The position numbers and the translations under genes are program-made. From Campylobacterales bacterium (GTDB lineage: Bacteria > Campylobacterota > Campylobacteria > Campylobacterales > UBA6016): 53,441 bases of DNA. Below the pieces are notes generated by a model. It was not told the DNA's origin. It saw only the letters and a program-made list of their open reading frames with translations, and searched no databases. Location: positions 1-53,441 of the forward strand of contig JAINCO010000048.1 of the NCBI GenBank assembly GCA_036574095.1, read 5' to 3'. Below are positions 1 through 8,751 of this stretch, one piece after another (position 1 is the first letter of the stretch; every line of letters starts with the position of its first letter).

Positions 1-595
1 CAACCTGTTGGCTCATGGTTTTACCATCACCATCCTCATATTGATCGCTTGTCTCATAGCTATAGCCAGCGATGGCGCGTAGCTTCTGGTTGCCACCATT
101 GACAGTTACACCATACTTTTGGTAACCAAAACTTCCAACTGTGGCCGAAAGCTCTGCCTCAAGCCCAGGCTTGGGTTTTTTGGTATCAATCTCAACAGAG
201 CCCCCCATCGATCCTGAGTGGCGCACATTAAAGGGCCCCTCTTGAACCTCAACGCGCTCAATCTGGGCAGAGCTAACATGCATCGCCGGTGGATCCATGC
301 GATTGGGGCAGGCGCCGCAAACTTTGGCATCATCAATCGTGACGGTCACATCATCGCGCTTAAAGCCACGAACTGTGATATCAGTACCCACAGCTGAGGC
401 GCGTACTGCTTGAATGGAGGGAATCGTTTGACTTAAGATCTCTCCCAGGTCAGATTGGCGCGTAAATTTGATCTCTTCAGCACTCAAAGCGGCTGGTTTT
501 GTCTCAGATTCAGCGCTAACCGTTACCGTTTCAATCGTGATTGGCCCAGCAACCAACAACGAGGCATACAGTGACGGTAGTAAAATTTTTCTCAT
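1..595 (-). CDS. TonB-dependent outer-membrane receptor, signal peptide plus plug domain (5' part only; the gene runs off the window); OprC/NosA-like copper-receptor signature
   Basis: Absent from the ORF track because there is no stop in the window. My translation from ATG (complement of 593-595), preceded by AAGGAG: MRKILLPSLYASLLVAGPITIETVTV...ITVRGFKRDDVTVTIDDAKVCGACPNRMDPPAMHVSSAQIERVEVQEGPFNVRH... This is typical TBDR plug sequence. CPNRM is a CxxxM motif. Confidence 0.8.
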   Translation of the reverse strand, partial: MRKILLPSLYASLLVAGPITIETVTVSAESETKPAALSAEEIKFTRQSDLGEILSQTIPSIQAVRASAVGTDITVRGFKRDDVTVTIDDAKVCGACPNRMDPPAMHVSSAQIERVEVQEGPFNVRHSGSMGGSVEIDTKKPKPGLEAELSATVGSFGYQKYGVTVNGGNQKLRAIAGYSYETSDQYEDGDGKTMSQQV

Positions 596-635
596 TCTCA
601 ACTCCTTCTATAGATTCATCACATTAGATTGACAG

Positions 636-644
636 ATCATAACA
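636..644 (-). promoter_or_regulatory. Candidate extended -10 (TGtTATGAT on the minus strand) for the TonB-dependent receptor gene
   Basis: Plus-strand atcataaca at 636-644 is TGTTATGAT on the minus strand, about 40 nt upstream of the receptor ATG. Confidence 0.3.
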
Positions 645-652
645 AAGAAGTG

Positions 653-718
653 TTAAATGAGTATTAAATGAGATGATCTATTTATGAGAAAAATTATTGA
701 AACTTAATTTTATGAGAA
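653..718. repeat. Four copies of an ATGAG-core motif; candidate operator array upstream of the receptor promoter
   Basis: Copies are TTAAATGAG at 653-661 and 664-672 (11-nt register) and TTTATGAGAA at 681-690 and 709-718. Direct reading of the sequence between the tRNA-Ser 3' end (726) and the receptor -10. Confidence 0.3.
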
Positions 719-725
719 GATGTGG

Positions 726-816
726 TGGCGGGCAGGGAGGGATTCGAACCCTCGATAGGGGGTTAGCCTATACACGCGTTCCAGGCGTGCGCCTTCAACC
801 ACTCGGCCACCTGCCC
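726..816 (-). tRNA. tRNA-Ser (anticodon GGA), long variable arm, encoded CCA
   Basis: Reverse complement is GGGCAGGTGGCCGAGTGGTTGAAGGCGCACGCCTGGAACGCGTGT...GGTTCGAATCCCTCCCTGCCCGCCA. The anticodon loop CTGGAAC resembles E. coli tRNA-Ser(GGA). Confidence 0.9.
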
Positions 817-865
817 ATAATAAAGAAGTTTTGAGATTGTCAAAAAGGAAGTTATCTGAAGGTGG

Positions 866-956
866 TGGCGGGGAGAGAGGGATTCGAACCCCCGGAAGGC
901 TCATCACCTTCAACGGTTTTCAAGACCGCCGCATTCAACCGCTCTGCCATCTCCCC
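866..956 (-). tRNA. tRNA-Ser (anticodon UGA), long variable arm, encoded CCA
   Basis: Reverse complement is GGGGAGATGGCAGAGCGGTTGAATGCGGCGGTCTTGAAAACCGTTG...GGTTCGAATCCCTCTCTCCCCGCCA. Confidence 0.9.
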
Positions 957-985
957 ATATGATGGCTATTGTTTTGTGGTGGTGG

Positions 986-1059
986 TGGAGGCGGCACCCG
1001 GATTCGAACCGGGGATCAAGGCTTTGCAGGCCCATGCCTTACCACTTGGCTATGCCGCC
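986..1059 (-). tRNA. tRNA-Cys (anticodon GCA), encoded CCA, U73 discriminator
   Basis: Reverse complement is GGCGGCATAGCCAAGTGGTAAGGCATGGGCCTGCAAAGCCTTGATCCCCGGTTCGAATCCGGGTGCCGCCTCCA. Confidence 0.9.
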
Positions 1060-1069
1060 ATCTCTCAAC

Positions 1070-1157
1070 TGGTGCGAATGGCGGGAGTTGAACCCGCACG
1101 GAATAAACTTCCGAGGGATTTTAAGTCCCTTGTGTCTACCAATTCCACCACACTCGC
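1070..1157 (-). tRNA. tRNA-Leu (anticodon UAA), long variable arm, encoded CCA
   Basis: Reverse complement is GCGAGTGTGGTGGAATTGGTAGACACAAGGGACTTAAAATCCCTCGGAAGTTTATTCCGTGCGGGTTCAACTCCCGCCATTCGCACCA. Confidence 0.9.
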
Positions 1158-1221
1158 ATCTTTCATCAGATCGGGATTTTCTAAGGAAGTTGGAGACAGG
1201 GGTCAAATACTCACTTACGCG

Positions 1222-1296
1222 TGGAGCGGGCGACGAGATTCGAACTCGCGACACCAACCTTGGCAAGGTTGTACTCTACCACTGAGCTACGCCCGC
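1222..1296 (-). tRNA. tRNA-Gly (anticodon GCC), encoded CCA
   Basis: Reverse complement is GCGGGCGTAGCTCAGTGGTAGAGTACAACCTTGCCAAGGTTGGTGTCGCGAGTTCGAATCTCGTCGCCCGCTCCA. Confidence 0.92.
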
Positions 1297-1346
1297 ATCT
1301 TACAGTGCGATCGAAACTTTTGCACAGCTTTTGTTTCGGGAGTGGG

Positions 1347-1352
1347 ATTATA
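1347..1352 (-). promoter_or_regulatory. Candidate -10 (TATAAT) of the Gly-Leu-Cys-Ser-Ser tRNA operon
   Basis: The minus strand reads ...TCGGCGCTATAATCCCAC... about 50 nt upstream of the tRNA-Gly 5' end. Confidence 0.4.
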
Positions 1353-1388
1353 GCGCCGATTTACTTAAACTACTCTGAAACATGATCG

Positions 1389-1490
1389 TCATTCTCTCTT
1401 TTTTTGATCTATTTGCTTCCAAGCATCAGCAAGGGCAGCCGCGATACCTGAAAAAAGAAGAATGGCAACAAAAATAAGTACGGGATCCAT
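1389..1490 (-). CDS. Candidate small membrane protein, 33 aa (below the ORF-track length cutoff)
   Basis: My translation is MDPVLIFVAILLFSGIAAALADAWKQIDQKKRE: one hydrophobic helix plus a charged tail. GGAGAGG lies 7 nt upstream of the ATG (plus-strand cctctcc 1498-1504). No homology check was possible. Confidence 0.4.
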   Translation of the reverse strand: MDPVLIFVAILLFSGIAAALADAWKQIDQKKRE

Positions 1491-1516
1491 CTGTTATCCT
1501 CTCCTAACTCGGGGTG

Positions 1517-1525
1517 TGATATAAT
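1517..1525 (+). promoter_or_regulatory. Candidate extended -10 (TGaTATAAT) for ilvD
   Basis: gtgTGaTATAATcc lies about 32 nt upstream of the ilvD ATG (1557), with an AAGGA ribosome-binding site in between. Confidence 0.45.
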
Positions 1526-1556
1526 CCTATAAAAAAGCTGAAAGAAAGGATAAAAG

Positions 1557-3236
1557 ATGCGTAGTGATACCATCAAACGAGGTTGGGAGCGCACCCCTCA
1601 CCGAAGTCTTTTAAGGGCTACGGGTCTAACAGATAGCGATTTTGATAAACCCTTTATTGGTGTTGCCAATAGCGTCATCGATATTATCCCTGGCCACTTT
1701 TTCCTTCGTGAGTATGGCCGTATTGTGCGCGAGGAGATTAGGGCTGCCGGCGGTGTTCCTTTTGAGTTTAATACGATTGGCGTGGATGATGGGATTGCGA
1801 TGGGGCATGATGGGATGCTCTATTCGCTTCCAAGTCGTGAACTGATTGCCGATTCGATCGAGACGATGATGAATGCTCATAAGCTTGATGCCCTCATCTG
1901 TATCCCTAATTGCGATAAGATTGTCCCTGGCATGATCATGGGAGCATTGCGGGTTAATGTCCCCACGATTTTTGTTTCGGGCGGTCCTATGAAGGCAGGG
2001 CACCTTGCTGATGGGACACCAATCGATTTGGCAACAGCATTTGAAGCGGTGGGCAAAAAGGCGCGTGGCCAGATTAGTGATGAAGCGCTTTATGAGATCG
2101 AGTGCCAGGCGTGCCCTGGAGCTGGAAGCTGTTCAGGAATGTTTACGGCCAACTCGATGAATACTCTTTGTGAAGCGATGGGTATTGCATTGCCTGGTAA
2201 TGGCACGATCCTTGCCCTTACTCCAGAGCGTGAGGAGCTCTTGCGTCAAGCGGCACGGCGTATTGTTGAGATTGCGCTGGATGAGCGCTATAAGATCCGC
2301 AATATCCTCAACGAAAAAGCGGTTCATAACGCCTTTGTCGTCGATATGGCAATGGGTGGTAGCTCCAATACCGTTTTGCATATGTTAGCTATTGCACGCG
2401 AAGCAGAGGTTGATTTTGATATTGCCAAAATCAACACCATCTCTGATCAAGTAGCCCATATTGCCAAAATTAGCCCAAGTCTTTCAACAGTCCACATGGA
2501 GGATATTCACCGAGCTGGTGGGGTGAGTGCTGTTATGAAAGAGGTGGCGCGTCGCGGCGATATTCTCAAAACTGATGCTTTGACGGTGACAGGTGAGACA
2601 CTGGGCGAACGCATTGCCTTTGTAGAGATTAAAGATACCTCGATTATCCATACGAATGAAAATGCCTACTCTCCTGTTGGTGGCCTCGCGATTCTTTTTG
2701 GTAACCTCGCACGCGAGGGGGCGGTTGTTAAAACAGCAGGTATTGATGCCCATATGCGTCAATTTAGCGGCAAGGCGATCTGTTTTAACTCCCAAGACGA
2801 GGCAATTGCGGGGATTGTGGGGGGCAAGGTGCAGCCTGGGCATGTTGTCGTGATTCGCTATGAAGGGCCCAAAGGAGGACCCGGTATGCAAGAGATGCTC
2901 TCGCCTACAAGTCTTATTGCCGGTATGGGATTAGGTGATAAGGTCGCATTGATTACTGATGGCCGTTTTTCGGGAGCTACGCGTGGGGCATCAATTGGAC
3001 ATGTGAGCCCTGAAGCGGCTGAGGGAGGTGTGATCGCGTTGCTTCAAGATGGGGATATTATTGATATTGATGTCGATCAGCGAACGCTGAATGTTCGCCT
3101 AAGCGACGAGGAGCTGGAGGCGCGTCGCCAAACCTTTGTTCCCCATAAAAAAGAGATTGCCTCAAAATGGCTGCGCCGTTATGGACTTCTGGTTTCTAAT
3201 GCCAGCGCCGGGGCTGTGTTAAAAACGGAGCTGTAG
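1557..3236 (+). CDS. ilvD: Dihydroxy-acid dehydratase
   Basis: 559 aa. [23 protein letters not shown]...CDKIVPGM...GPGMQEML...TDGRFSGAT are typical IlvD/Edd motifs. Confidence 0.95.
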   Translation: MRSDTIKRGWERTPHRSLLRATGLTDSDFDKPFIGVANSVIDIIPGHFFLREYGRIVREEIRAAGGVPFEFNTIGVDDGIAMGHDGMLYSLPSRELIADSIETMMNAHKLDALICIPNCDKIVPGMIMGALRVNVPTIFVSGGPMKAGHLADGTPIDLATAFEAVGKKARGQISDEALYEIECQACPGAGSCSGMFTANSMNTLCEAMGIALPGNGTILALTPEREELLRQAARRIVEIALDERYKIRNILNEKAVHNAFVVDMAMGGSSNTVLHMLAIAREAEVDFDIAKINTISDQVAHIAKISPSLSTVHMEDIHRAGGVSAVMKEVARRGDILKTDALTVTGETLGERIAFVEIKDTSIIHTNENAYSPVGGLAILFGNLAREGAVVKTAGIDAHMRQFSGKAICFNSQDEAIAGIVGGKVQPGHVVVIRYEGPKGGPGMQEMLSPTSLIAGMGLGDKVALITDGRFSGATRGASIGHVSPEAAEGGVIALLQDGDIIDIDVDQRTLNVRLSDEELEARRQTFVPHKKEIASKWLRRYGLLVSNASAGAVLKTEL

Positions 3237-3237
3237 T

Positions 3238-3984
3238 GTGGTGCGGGCTTTATGGCTAGCTGCTTCGCTAACATTGTTGGCATCAGCCATCGAGATCATT
3301 GAGCCTGTTGAGGTTGGTGCCAAACCTGGCTTCTCGGGCAACATCGAAGGATCAGGAGAGCTGCAACAGGGTAACACCGACAAACAATCGTATCAGGCAA
3401 GTTTAAAGGGTGTTTGGGATGATGGGCAGGAGGCGTGGTTAGCCATAGCGAGTGCGGCGCGTAGTTGGAGCAGGGGCGTGATGGATGATGATGCCCTCTT
3501 TGCCCACCTGCGGTGGCTACGTCCGGTAGGATTGACAAAAGATAAGACGATCGAGGTTTTTGGGCAGTATCAGAGTAGCCGTGTGAAGGCAATTAGTAGC
3601 CGTGATCTGGTTGGAGCCAATCTTCGCTTTCGCGTTAGCGAGGGGGTCGATTTGGCCTATCTTGGCGCGGGTGTGATGGAGGTGTACGAAGAAAAGAGTA
3701 AAGAGGCGGCTCAATGGCAGGCGCGACTCAACCTTTACGCTACGCTTCGTCATCGCATCGATGAGAAGTTCTCACTCTACGCAGCCCTCTACTACCAACC
3801 GTGTGTTGATGATGTTAGTGACTACGATTTGATTGCAGAGGCGAAGGCAAGTTATGATATCTCGCGATCTTTTTCCTTGGCTTATAAAATCAGAGAGAGT
3901 GTTGACTCAACACCTGCAGCCAATAAAAGACGCACCGATCTTTCACAACTTCTCTCTTTTAGCTATAAATTTGGCCCATCTTAG
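3238..3984 (+). CDS. Putative outer-membrane beta-barrel protein (DUF481/YdiY-like, from memory)
   Basis: GTG start one nt after the ilvD stop. Signal peptide MVRALWLAASLTLLASA, alternating beta-strand pattern, GNTD motif, C-terminal ...SFSYKF. The family assignment is a recollection only. Confidence 0.55.
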   Translation: MVRALWLAASLTLLASAIEIIEPVEVGAKPGFSGNIEGSGELQQGNTDKQSYQASLKGVWDDGQEAWLAIASAARSWSRGVMDDDALFAHLRWLRPVGLTKDKTIEVFGQYQSSRVKAISSRDLVGANLRFRVSEGVDLAYLGAGVMEVYEEKSKEAAQWQARLNLYATLRHRIDEKFSLYAALYYQPCVDDVSDYDLIAEAKASYDISRSFSLAYKIRESVDSTPAANKRRTDLSQLLSFSYKFGPS

Positions 3985-6272
3985 TTGGTGATGATAAAGT
4001 CAAAATAGTCCGAAACAAAATTCTTATCATCGATGACCTTAAAGGCGTTGGCGGCTGCTTTGAGGTTGCCTGCTTCGATATAAAGAAGTCCCAGCCCAAC
4101 TCTTGATTCGAGATTATAGGGGTCGAGCGCTTTAGCAAGTTCCAGATAACCTATCGCCTCTGCATGGCGTCCAGAGGCCATGGCGGCGACGGAGGCCTGA
4201 AAGACCGTTTGTGCATCCCCAACTTTGAGTGCATCGATGAGGTGGCTATAGTTGGCGTAGGATTCTTCAAATTTTTTTAGATAGATCTGAGCTAATGCGA
4301 GTGCCCGGAGGCCATTTTCAACATCGTAGCGCTCGAGTCGGACGCGTGCTTTGAGCTTTTGTTCGATTCCTGGCAAGAGTCCAGTAAGAAAGCCAAGCCT
4401 GACATAAAGTGCTGGAACGATGACAGGACCGTAGTAGAGGCTTGAGAGATCAAGCTGATTACCTTTGAGAAGCTCTTGGGCGCGGTAAGCAAACTCTTTG
4501 ATGGGTCGATCTTGATAAGAGATATAGGCATAGAGGATGTTGCTAAGGATATCCTTGGGCAAGAGCCTGTGAAGTTTGGCGGCAGAGCGTTTGAGCTGGG
4601 CAGCATCGTTTTGTTTTTGGGCAAGTAAAATCTCAAAAATTCTCTCAAACGCCCCCTCTTTGTCATGCGATTGATCAAACCATCTTGCAGCTGCGCCAAG
4701 ATTGTTATCAAAGTAGTAAAGCATCGAGAGATAGAGGAGGGTTTCGTTATCTTTGGTCGCACTATTTTGGAGGTCTTCGCGTAGCGACATGACGATACGC
4801 CTCGTATCGTTATTGGTGAGCTCGCCGCAGATGATGGTAAAGATGCCGGCTAAGTAGTTGGTGCGGTCAAAATGGTAGGCGCGCAGGAAATGTTTATAGG
4901 CCATCGGATAGTTGCCAAGCTGGGCATAGGTAAGCCCTAAGTTGTACTGAAGGATTGAATGGCCAGTGGTTCGAGATTCTAGCTCCTTAAAGAGCTTGTA
5001 GGCGGGAGTAATGTGCCAGCCTAAGGCCATTTTGATCCCTTGTGCTATTTTGCCATTGATATTGCTCGTTCGTGCAGAGTGCTCAAGGTGAGCCATCGCC
5101 TGTGCCGACTCTTCACTTAGAAGCTCTAATTGCCCCTTTTTGATGTCGGCAACTGTTTTATTAGGATTAAATATTTTAAACGGGGCATAATAAAAGAGCG
5201 TTGCATAGAGGGTTTTACGATCAAGAAGAAAATTTTTCTGAAAGTCGCGTTGTCCTTTGTCGATATCGAAAAGAGACTCTTTGAGGATCGTTTTGATCGC
5301 ATAAAAGCGCGATGCGTTGGCTTCATCTTTGAGTGAGGCGCGCTCTAATGCTAATGCGGCATCTGGGAATTTATTGCGTTTAAGATGAACAAGTGCTTGC
5401 GCCATGAGTGTTCGTAGGGGGTCAAGTCCGTAGCGCTCAGCTGCATCAAGGTGCTTGGCCGCTTCATCGTAATTGGCAAGTCTGGCATATAAAAGCCCCA
5501 AAGGAAGCTCATTTTGCGGATTTTTTTCAGCTTCTAAGAATTTGATCGCTAGCGCTGAATCATCCAAAAGATTGGCCATTTGTGCCCCGATCTTTAGATG
5601 TTCGCGCATGAAAAAGTTTGAAGTTGGCTTTGTTGCTGCTGCTAGTGTCTCGATTGGACGCCCTTGGTAGTAACGTAATAGGGCATAATAGTATGAGTAG
5701 AGCTTTGTTCCAGCTGTCTCAGGTAAAGCTGCTTCAGCAATATCAAGGTAGTGCTTAAAGGCCTCTTGATTGCCTAATTGTTTCGCGCAGACGGCGGCAT
5801 TGAGGGCGGCTGGGGTGCGATGCTCTCCTGAGGCGAGCGCTTTATCAAAGAGCTCAAGTGCCTCAGCCCATGCCCCTTCTTTCATTTTGGCCACACCCAG
5901 ATTGTAATGAGAGAGTGCCTCGTTAAATTGGGCAATCTCTTCAAAGATCTGAAGTGCTTTCTCCTTATCGCCCCGTTTGTAGAGGAGATTGGCCTTTTCG
6001 ATTAGCTCTTCAATCGAGCTTCGTTGGGTGGCAATGTCGCTGTGTGTTGTCTCTTTTTTTGGTTTTTCGGTTGGTGGCGCAGTGGTAGGTTCGGGGGCAA
6101 GAGTAACATAAAGACCAACCCCGATGCCGATGAGCAACAGGGCACTGGCTGCACTGATGATGAGAATTTTTTTGCGACGAGCCTTTTGTTTGAGAGCCTC
6201 ATCGTCGATTGTGGGGGTGGGTGTGCTCTGGCCTGCCCCCTCATCTTCGATGATGACTATATCTTCGTTCAT
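3981..6272 (-). CDS. Membrane-anchored tetratricopeptide-repeat (TPR) protein
   Basis: 763 aa. Acidic N-terminus, a single TM (ILIISAASALLLIGIGVGLYVTL), a Pro/Thr linker, then many TPR-like A/L/Y-rich helical repeats. Immediately downstream of serS. Confidence 0.7.
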   Translation of the reverse strand: MNEDIVIIEDEGAGQSTPTPTIDDEALKQKARRKKILIISAASALLLIGIGVGLYVTLAPEPTTAPPTEKPKKETTHSDIATQRSSIEELIEKANLLYKRGDKEKALQIFEEIAQFNEALSHYNLGVAKMKEGAWAEALELFDKALASGEHRTPAALNAAVCAKQLGNQEAFKHYLDIAEAALPETAGTKLYSYYYALLRYYQGRPIETLAAATKPTSNFFMREHLKIGAQMANLLDDSALAIKFLEAEKNPQNELPLGLLYARLANYDEAAKHLDAAERYGLDPLRTLMAQALVHLKRNKFPDAALALERASLKDEANASRFYAIKTILKESLFDIDKGQRDFQKNFLLDRKTLYATLFYYAPFKIFNPNKTVADIKKGQLELLSEESAQAMAHLEHSARTSNINGKIAQGIKMALGWHITPAYKLFKELESRTTGHSILQYNLGLTYAQLGNYPMAYKHFLRAYHFDRTNYLAGIFTIICGELTNNDTRRIVMSLREDLQNSATKDNETLLYLSMLYYFDNNLGAAARWFDQSHDKEGAFERIFEILLAQKQNDAAQLKRSAAKLHRLLPKDILSNILYAYISYQDRPIKEFAYRAQELLKGNQLDLSSLYYGPVIVPALYVRLGFLTGLLPGIEQKLKARVRLERYDVENGLRALALAQIYLKKFEESYANYSHLIDALKVGDAQTVFQASVAAMASGRHAEAIGYLELAKALDPYNLESRVGLGLLYIEAGNLKAAANAFKVIDDKNFVSDYFDFIITN

Positions 6273-6273
6273 C

Positions 6274-7524
6274 TTAGAGATACTTTCTTAAAACCTCAGG
6301 AATAGCAATGGTGCCATCAGGCTGTTGATAGTTCTCCATGAGTGCGATGAGTGTGCGACCAACAGCAAGGCTTGAGCCATTTAGAGTATGGACAAGTCGA
6401 GTTTTTTTGCCTTCTTTGTAGCGAATCATTCCGCGACGCGCCTGAAAATCGCGCACATTGCTTACTGAACTAATCTCACGATAGCGTCCTTGACCTGGTA
6501 GCCAAACTTCGATATCGACTGTCTTGGCAGCCCCAAAGCCCATATCACCCGCGCATAGGCGCATAAGGCGATGGGGAAGGCCAAGGCTTGTTAGCAGATC
6601 AGAGGCACAGGCAAGCATCTCGTCAAAAACCGCATCACTTTGTTCGGGTGTTGTGATGGCGACAATCTCGACTTTGTCAAACTGATGCTGACGAATCATG
6701 CCTCGGGTATCTCGTCCAGCAGCACCCGCCTCTTTACGAAAACAAGGCGTCAAAGCGGTTAGGCGTATTGGGAGCTCATCGGCTGTTAGGATCGTATCCC
6801 TAAAGAGATTCACAAGGGGCACTTCGGAGGTTGGGATCAAAAAGAGATCATGCTCCTCCATGGGAACGCGAAAGAGATCCTCTTCAAATTTAGGCAGCTG
6901 CCCTGTGGCCGTCATTGTCTCACGATTAACTAGATAAGGAAGCCCCACCTCTTCAAACCCTCGCGCCCGGTTAAAATCGAGCATATATGAAGCCAGCGCT
7001 CTTTGAAGTCTTGCCGCCTCAGCTCGTAATACCGTAAAACGGCTTTTGGCCAATTTGACCCCTGCTTCAAAGTCAAGCCAACCTAAGGCCGCACCAAGTT
7101 CATGGTGCTCTTTGGGCTCAAATGAAAAAACGGGTGGCTCAAGGATGCGCGCTATCTCGACATTCCCCTCCTCATCCTCTCCATCTGGTGTATCATCATC
7201 AGGGATATTGGGGATCGTCATCGCCAACGCTTCAAGCTGCGCATCTAGATGGCGAACCTCATCGCTACCCTTGGCGATCGCCTCTTTATTAGCCTCAAGC
7301 TCGACTTTGAGGGCTTCGATGTCGCCCCCTTCTCGTTTGAGTGTTCCAAAAAGACGACTCTTCTCGTTTTGGAGCGCTTGAAGTTTCTCGAGCTCTTGCT
7401 TGGCTCTTCTGCGAGCTTCAAAGAGTTTGGCTGCTGTCTCAAGTAGCTCTTGCGCCACACCACGACGCCTAAGCTTAGCACTTGTGGCATCAAACTCCTT
7501 TTCGAGTAACTTCAGATCGATCAT
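6274..7524 (-). CDS. serS: Seryl-tRNA synthetase
   Basis: 416 aa. N-terminal coiled-coil arm and class II motifs (...[25 protein letters not shown]..., ...[18 protein letters not shown]). Confidence 0.95.
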   Translation of the reverse strand: MIDLKLLEKEFDATSAKLRRRGVAQELLETAAKLFEARRRAKQELEKLQALQNEKSRLFGTLKREGGDIEALKVELEANKEAIAKGSDEVRHLDAQLEALAMTIPNIPDDDTPDGEDEEGNVEIARILEPPVFSFEPKEHHELGAALGWLDFEAGVKLAKSRFTVLRAEAARLQRALASYMLDFNRARGFEEVGLPYLVNRETMTATGQLPKFEEDLFRVPMEEHDLFLIPTSEVPLVNLFRDTILTADELPIRLTALTPCFRKEAGAAGRDTRGMIRQHQFDKVEIVAITTPEQSDAVFDEMLACASDLLTSLGLPHRLMRLCAGDMGFGAAKTVDIEVWLPGQGRYREISSVSNVRDFQARRGMIRYKEGKKTRLVHTLNGSSLAVGRTLIALMENYQQPDGTIAIPEVLRKYL

Positions 7525-7727
7525 GAATTCAAATCCTCAACGATACGAAAATCGCCTCCAGCCTCTTCAACACAAAATTTGTGCTTACCACAAAACTCTT
7601 CGTTCATTTTAGCCGCCAATTTTTCGGCCTCACGGCGCGCCTCTTCTTTGGTGGCATACTCATAAACTGGCTGCATACCACGGCGGGTAAAGCAGCCACA
7701 CTGTTTAACAATCTCGACTTTTGTCAT
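7521..7727 (-). CDS. Small conserved-looking hypothetical protein with four Cys (68 aa)
   Basis: [17 protein letters not shown]...[13 protein letters not shown]. Its start overlaps the trpS stop by 4 nt and its stop overlaps the serS start by 4 nt. Confidence 0.55.
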   Translation of the reverse strand: MTKVEIVKQCGCFTRRGMQPVYEYATKEEARREAEKLAAKMNEEFCGKHKFCVEEAGGDFRIVEDLNS

Positions 7728-8707
7728 GATACTCTCCTGTAGTGAATTCCAGTTACCTCTCTGACTTTTTCGATAATTGGGATAGCCGATGCACGCGCTT
7801 TGCGCGCACCCTCGGCAAGGATCTCATAGACTTCCTTAGGATGCGCAAGATAGTAGGCACGCTTCTCTCGATAGGGTTCAAAATAGGCCCAGATCCGTTC
7901 TGTCAGCTCTGCCTTAAAGTGGCCATACCCTTCGCCTCCTTTGAGATAGCGTGCCCGCAATGCCTCGATCTCATCACTATTCATAAAAAGCTTGCTCAGA
8001 GCAAAGATTGAGCATTTGTCGGGGTCTTTGGGCGCTTCAAGGGGGGTTGAGTCGGTAACAATTTGACTGATGCGTTTTTTGAGGGCTTTTTGGCTTTCAT
8101 AGCCAAAGATCTCAATTGTGTTGCCATAGCTTTTGCTCATCTTGGCCCCATCAATTCCAGGAACAACAGCGACCTCTTCGGCAATCTGCGCCTCTGGTAG
8201 CGTAAAAATCTCTCCATAGTGATGGTTAAACTTCATGGCAATATCGCGCGCCATCTCTAAGTGTTGAATTTGGTCTTTGCCTACAGGGACGCGTTCGCCT
8301 CCAAACAGCAGAATATCGGCAGCCATGAGAACAGGATAGCTAAATAGACCATGGTTAGCGTGGATCCCCTTGGCAATTTTATCCTTATAGCTATGGGCAC
8401 GCTCCAAAAGACCCATGGGCGTGAAATTTGAAAGAACCCAATAGAGCTCTAATACCTCTGGAACATCTGATTGAACCCAAAAGGTAGATTGGTAAGGGTC
8501 AAGACCTAATGATAGAAAGCTTATCGCTGCCTCCATGACATTGGCTCGTAGTGCTTCGCCATCGCTTAACGATGTCATCGCATGGTAGTTAGCGATAAAG
8601 CAAAAAAGTTCAGACTCCCCTTGAAGGTCGATCATCGGTTTCATCATCCCAAAATAGTTCCCTAAATGAAGGGCCCCCGAGGGTTGAATTCCCGATAAAA
8701 CGCGCAT
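7724..8707 (-). CDS. trpS: Tryptophanyl-tRNA synthetase
   Basis: Track ORF 7724..8743. I prefer the internal ATG at 8707 (MRVLSGIQPSGALHLGNY...) because GGGAG lies 5-6 nt upstream. KMSKS motif present. Confidence 0.92.
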   Translation of the reverse strand: MRVLSGIQPSGALHLGNYFGMMKPMIDLQGESELFCFIANYHAMTSLSDGEALRANVMEAAISFLSLGLDPYQSTFWVQSDVPEVLELYWVLSNFTPMGLLERAHSYKDKIAKGIHANHGLFSYPVLMAADILLFGGERVPVGKDQIQHLEMARDIAMKFNHHYGEIFTLPEAQIAEEVAVVPGIDGAKMSKSYGNTIEIFGYESQKALKKRISQIVTDSTPLEAPKDPDKCSIFALSKLFMNSDEIEALRARYLKGGEGYGHFKAELTERIWAYFEPYREKRAYYLAHPKEVYEILAEGARKARASAIPIIEKVREVTGIHYRRVS

Positions 8708-8751
8708 AAGACTCCCTATAATGATCTTATGCGATTGTAGCAAAAAGGGGG

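Noticed and set aside
710-1353. Track ORFs 710..913(-), 862..1353(+), 959..1285(+) and 1039..1266(-).
   Set aside because: They run across five tRNA genes. The GFEP/GIRTP-type peptides are translations of tRNA T-arms. They are spurious.
1409-1594. 61-aa ORF on the minus strand spanning the ilvD promoter and start codon.
   Set aside because: It has no ribosome-binding site and a low-complexity F/L-rich sequence, and it overlaps the ilvD start. The 33-aa ORF in another frame (1389..1490) is the better candidate.
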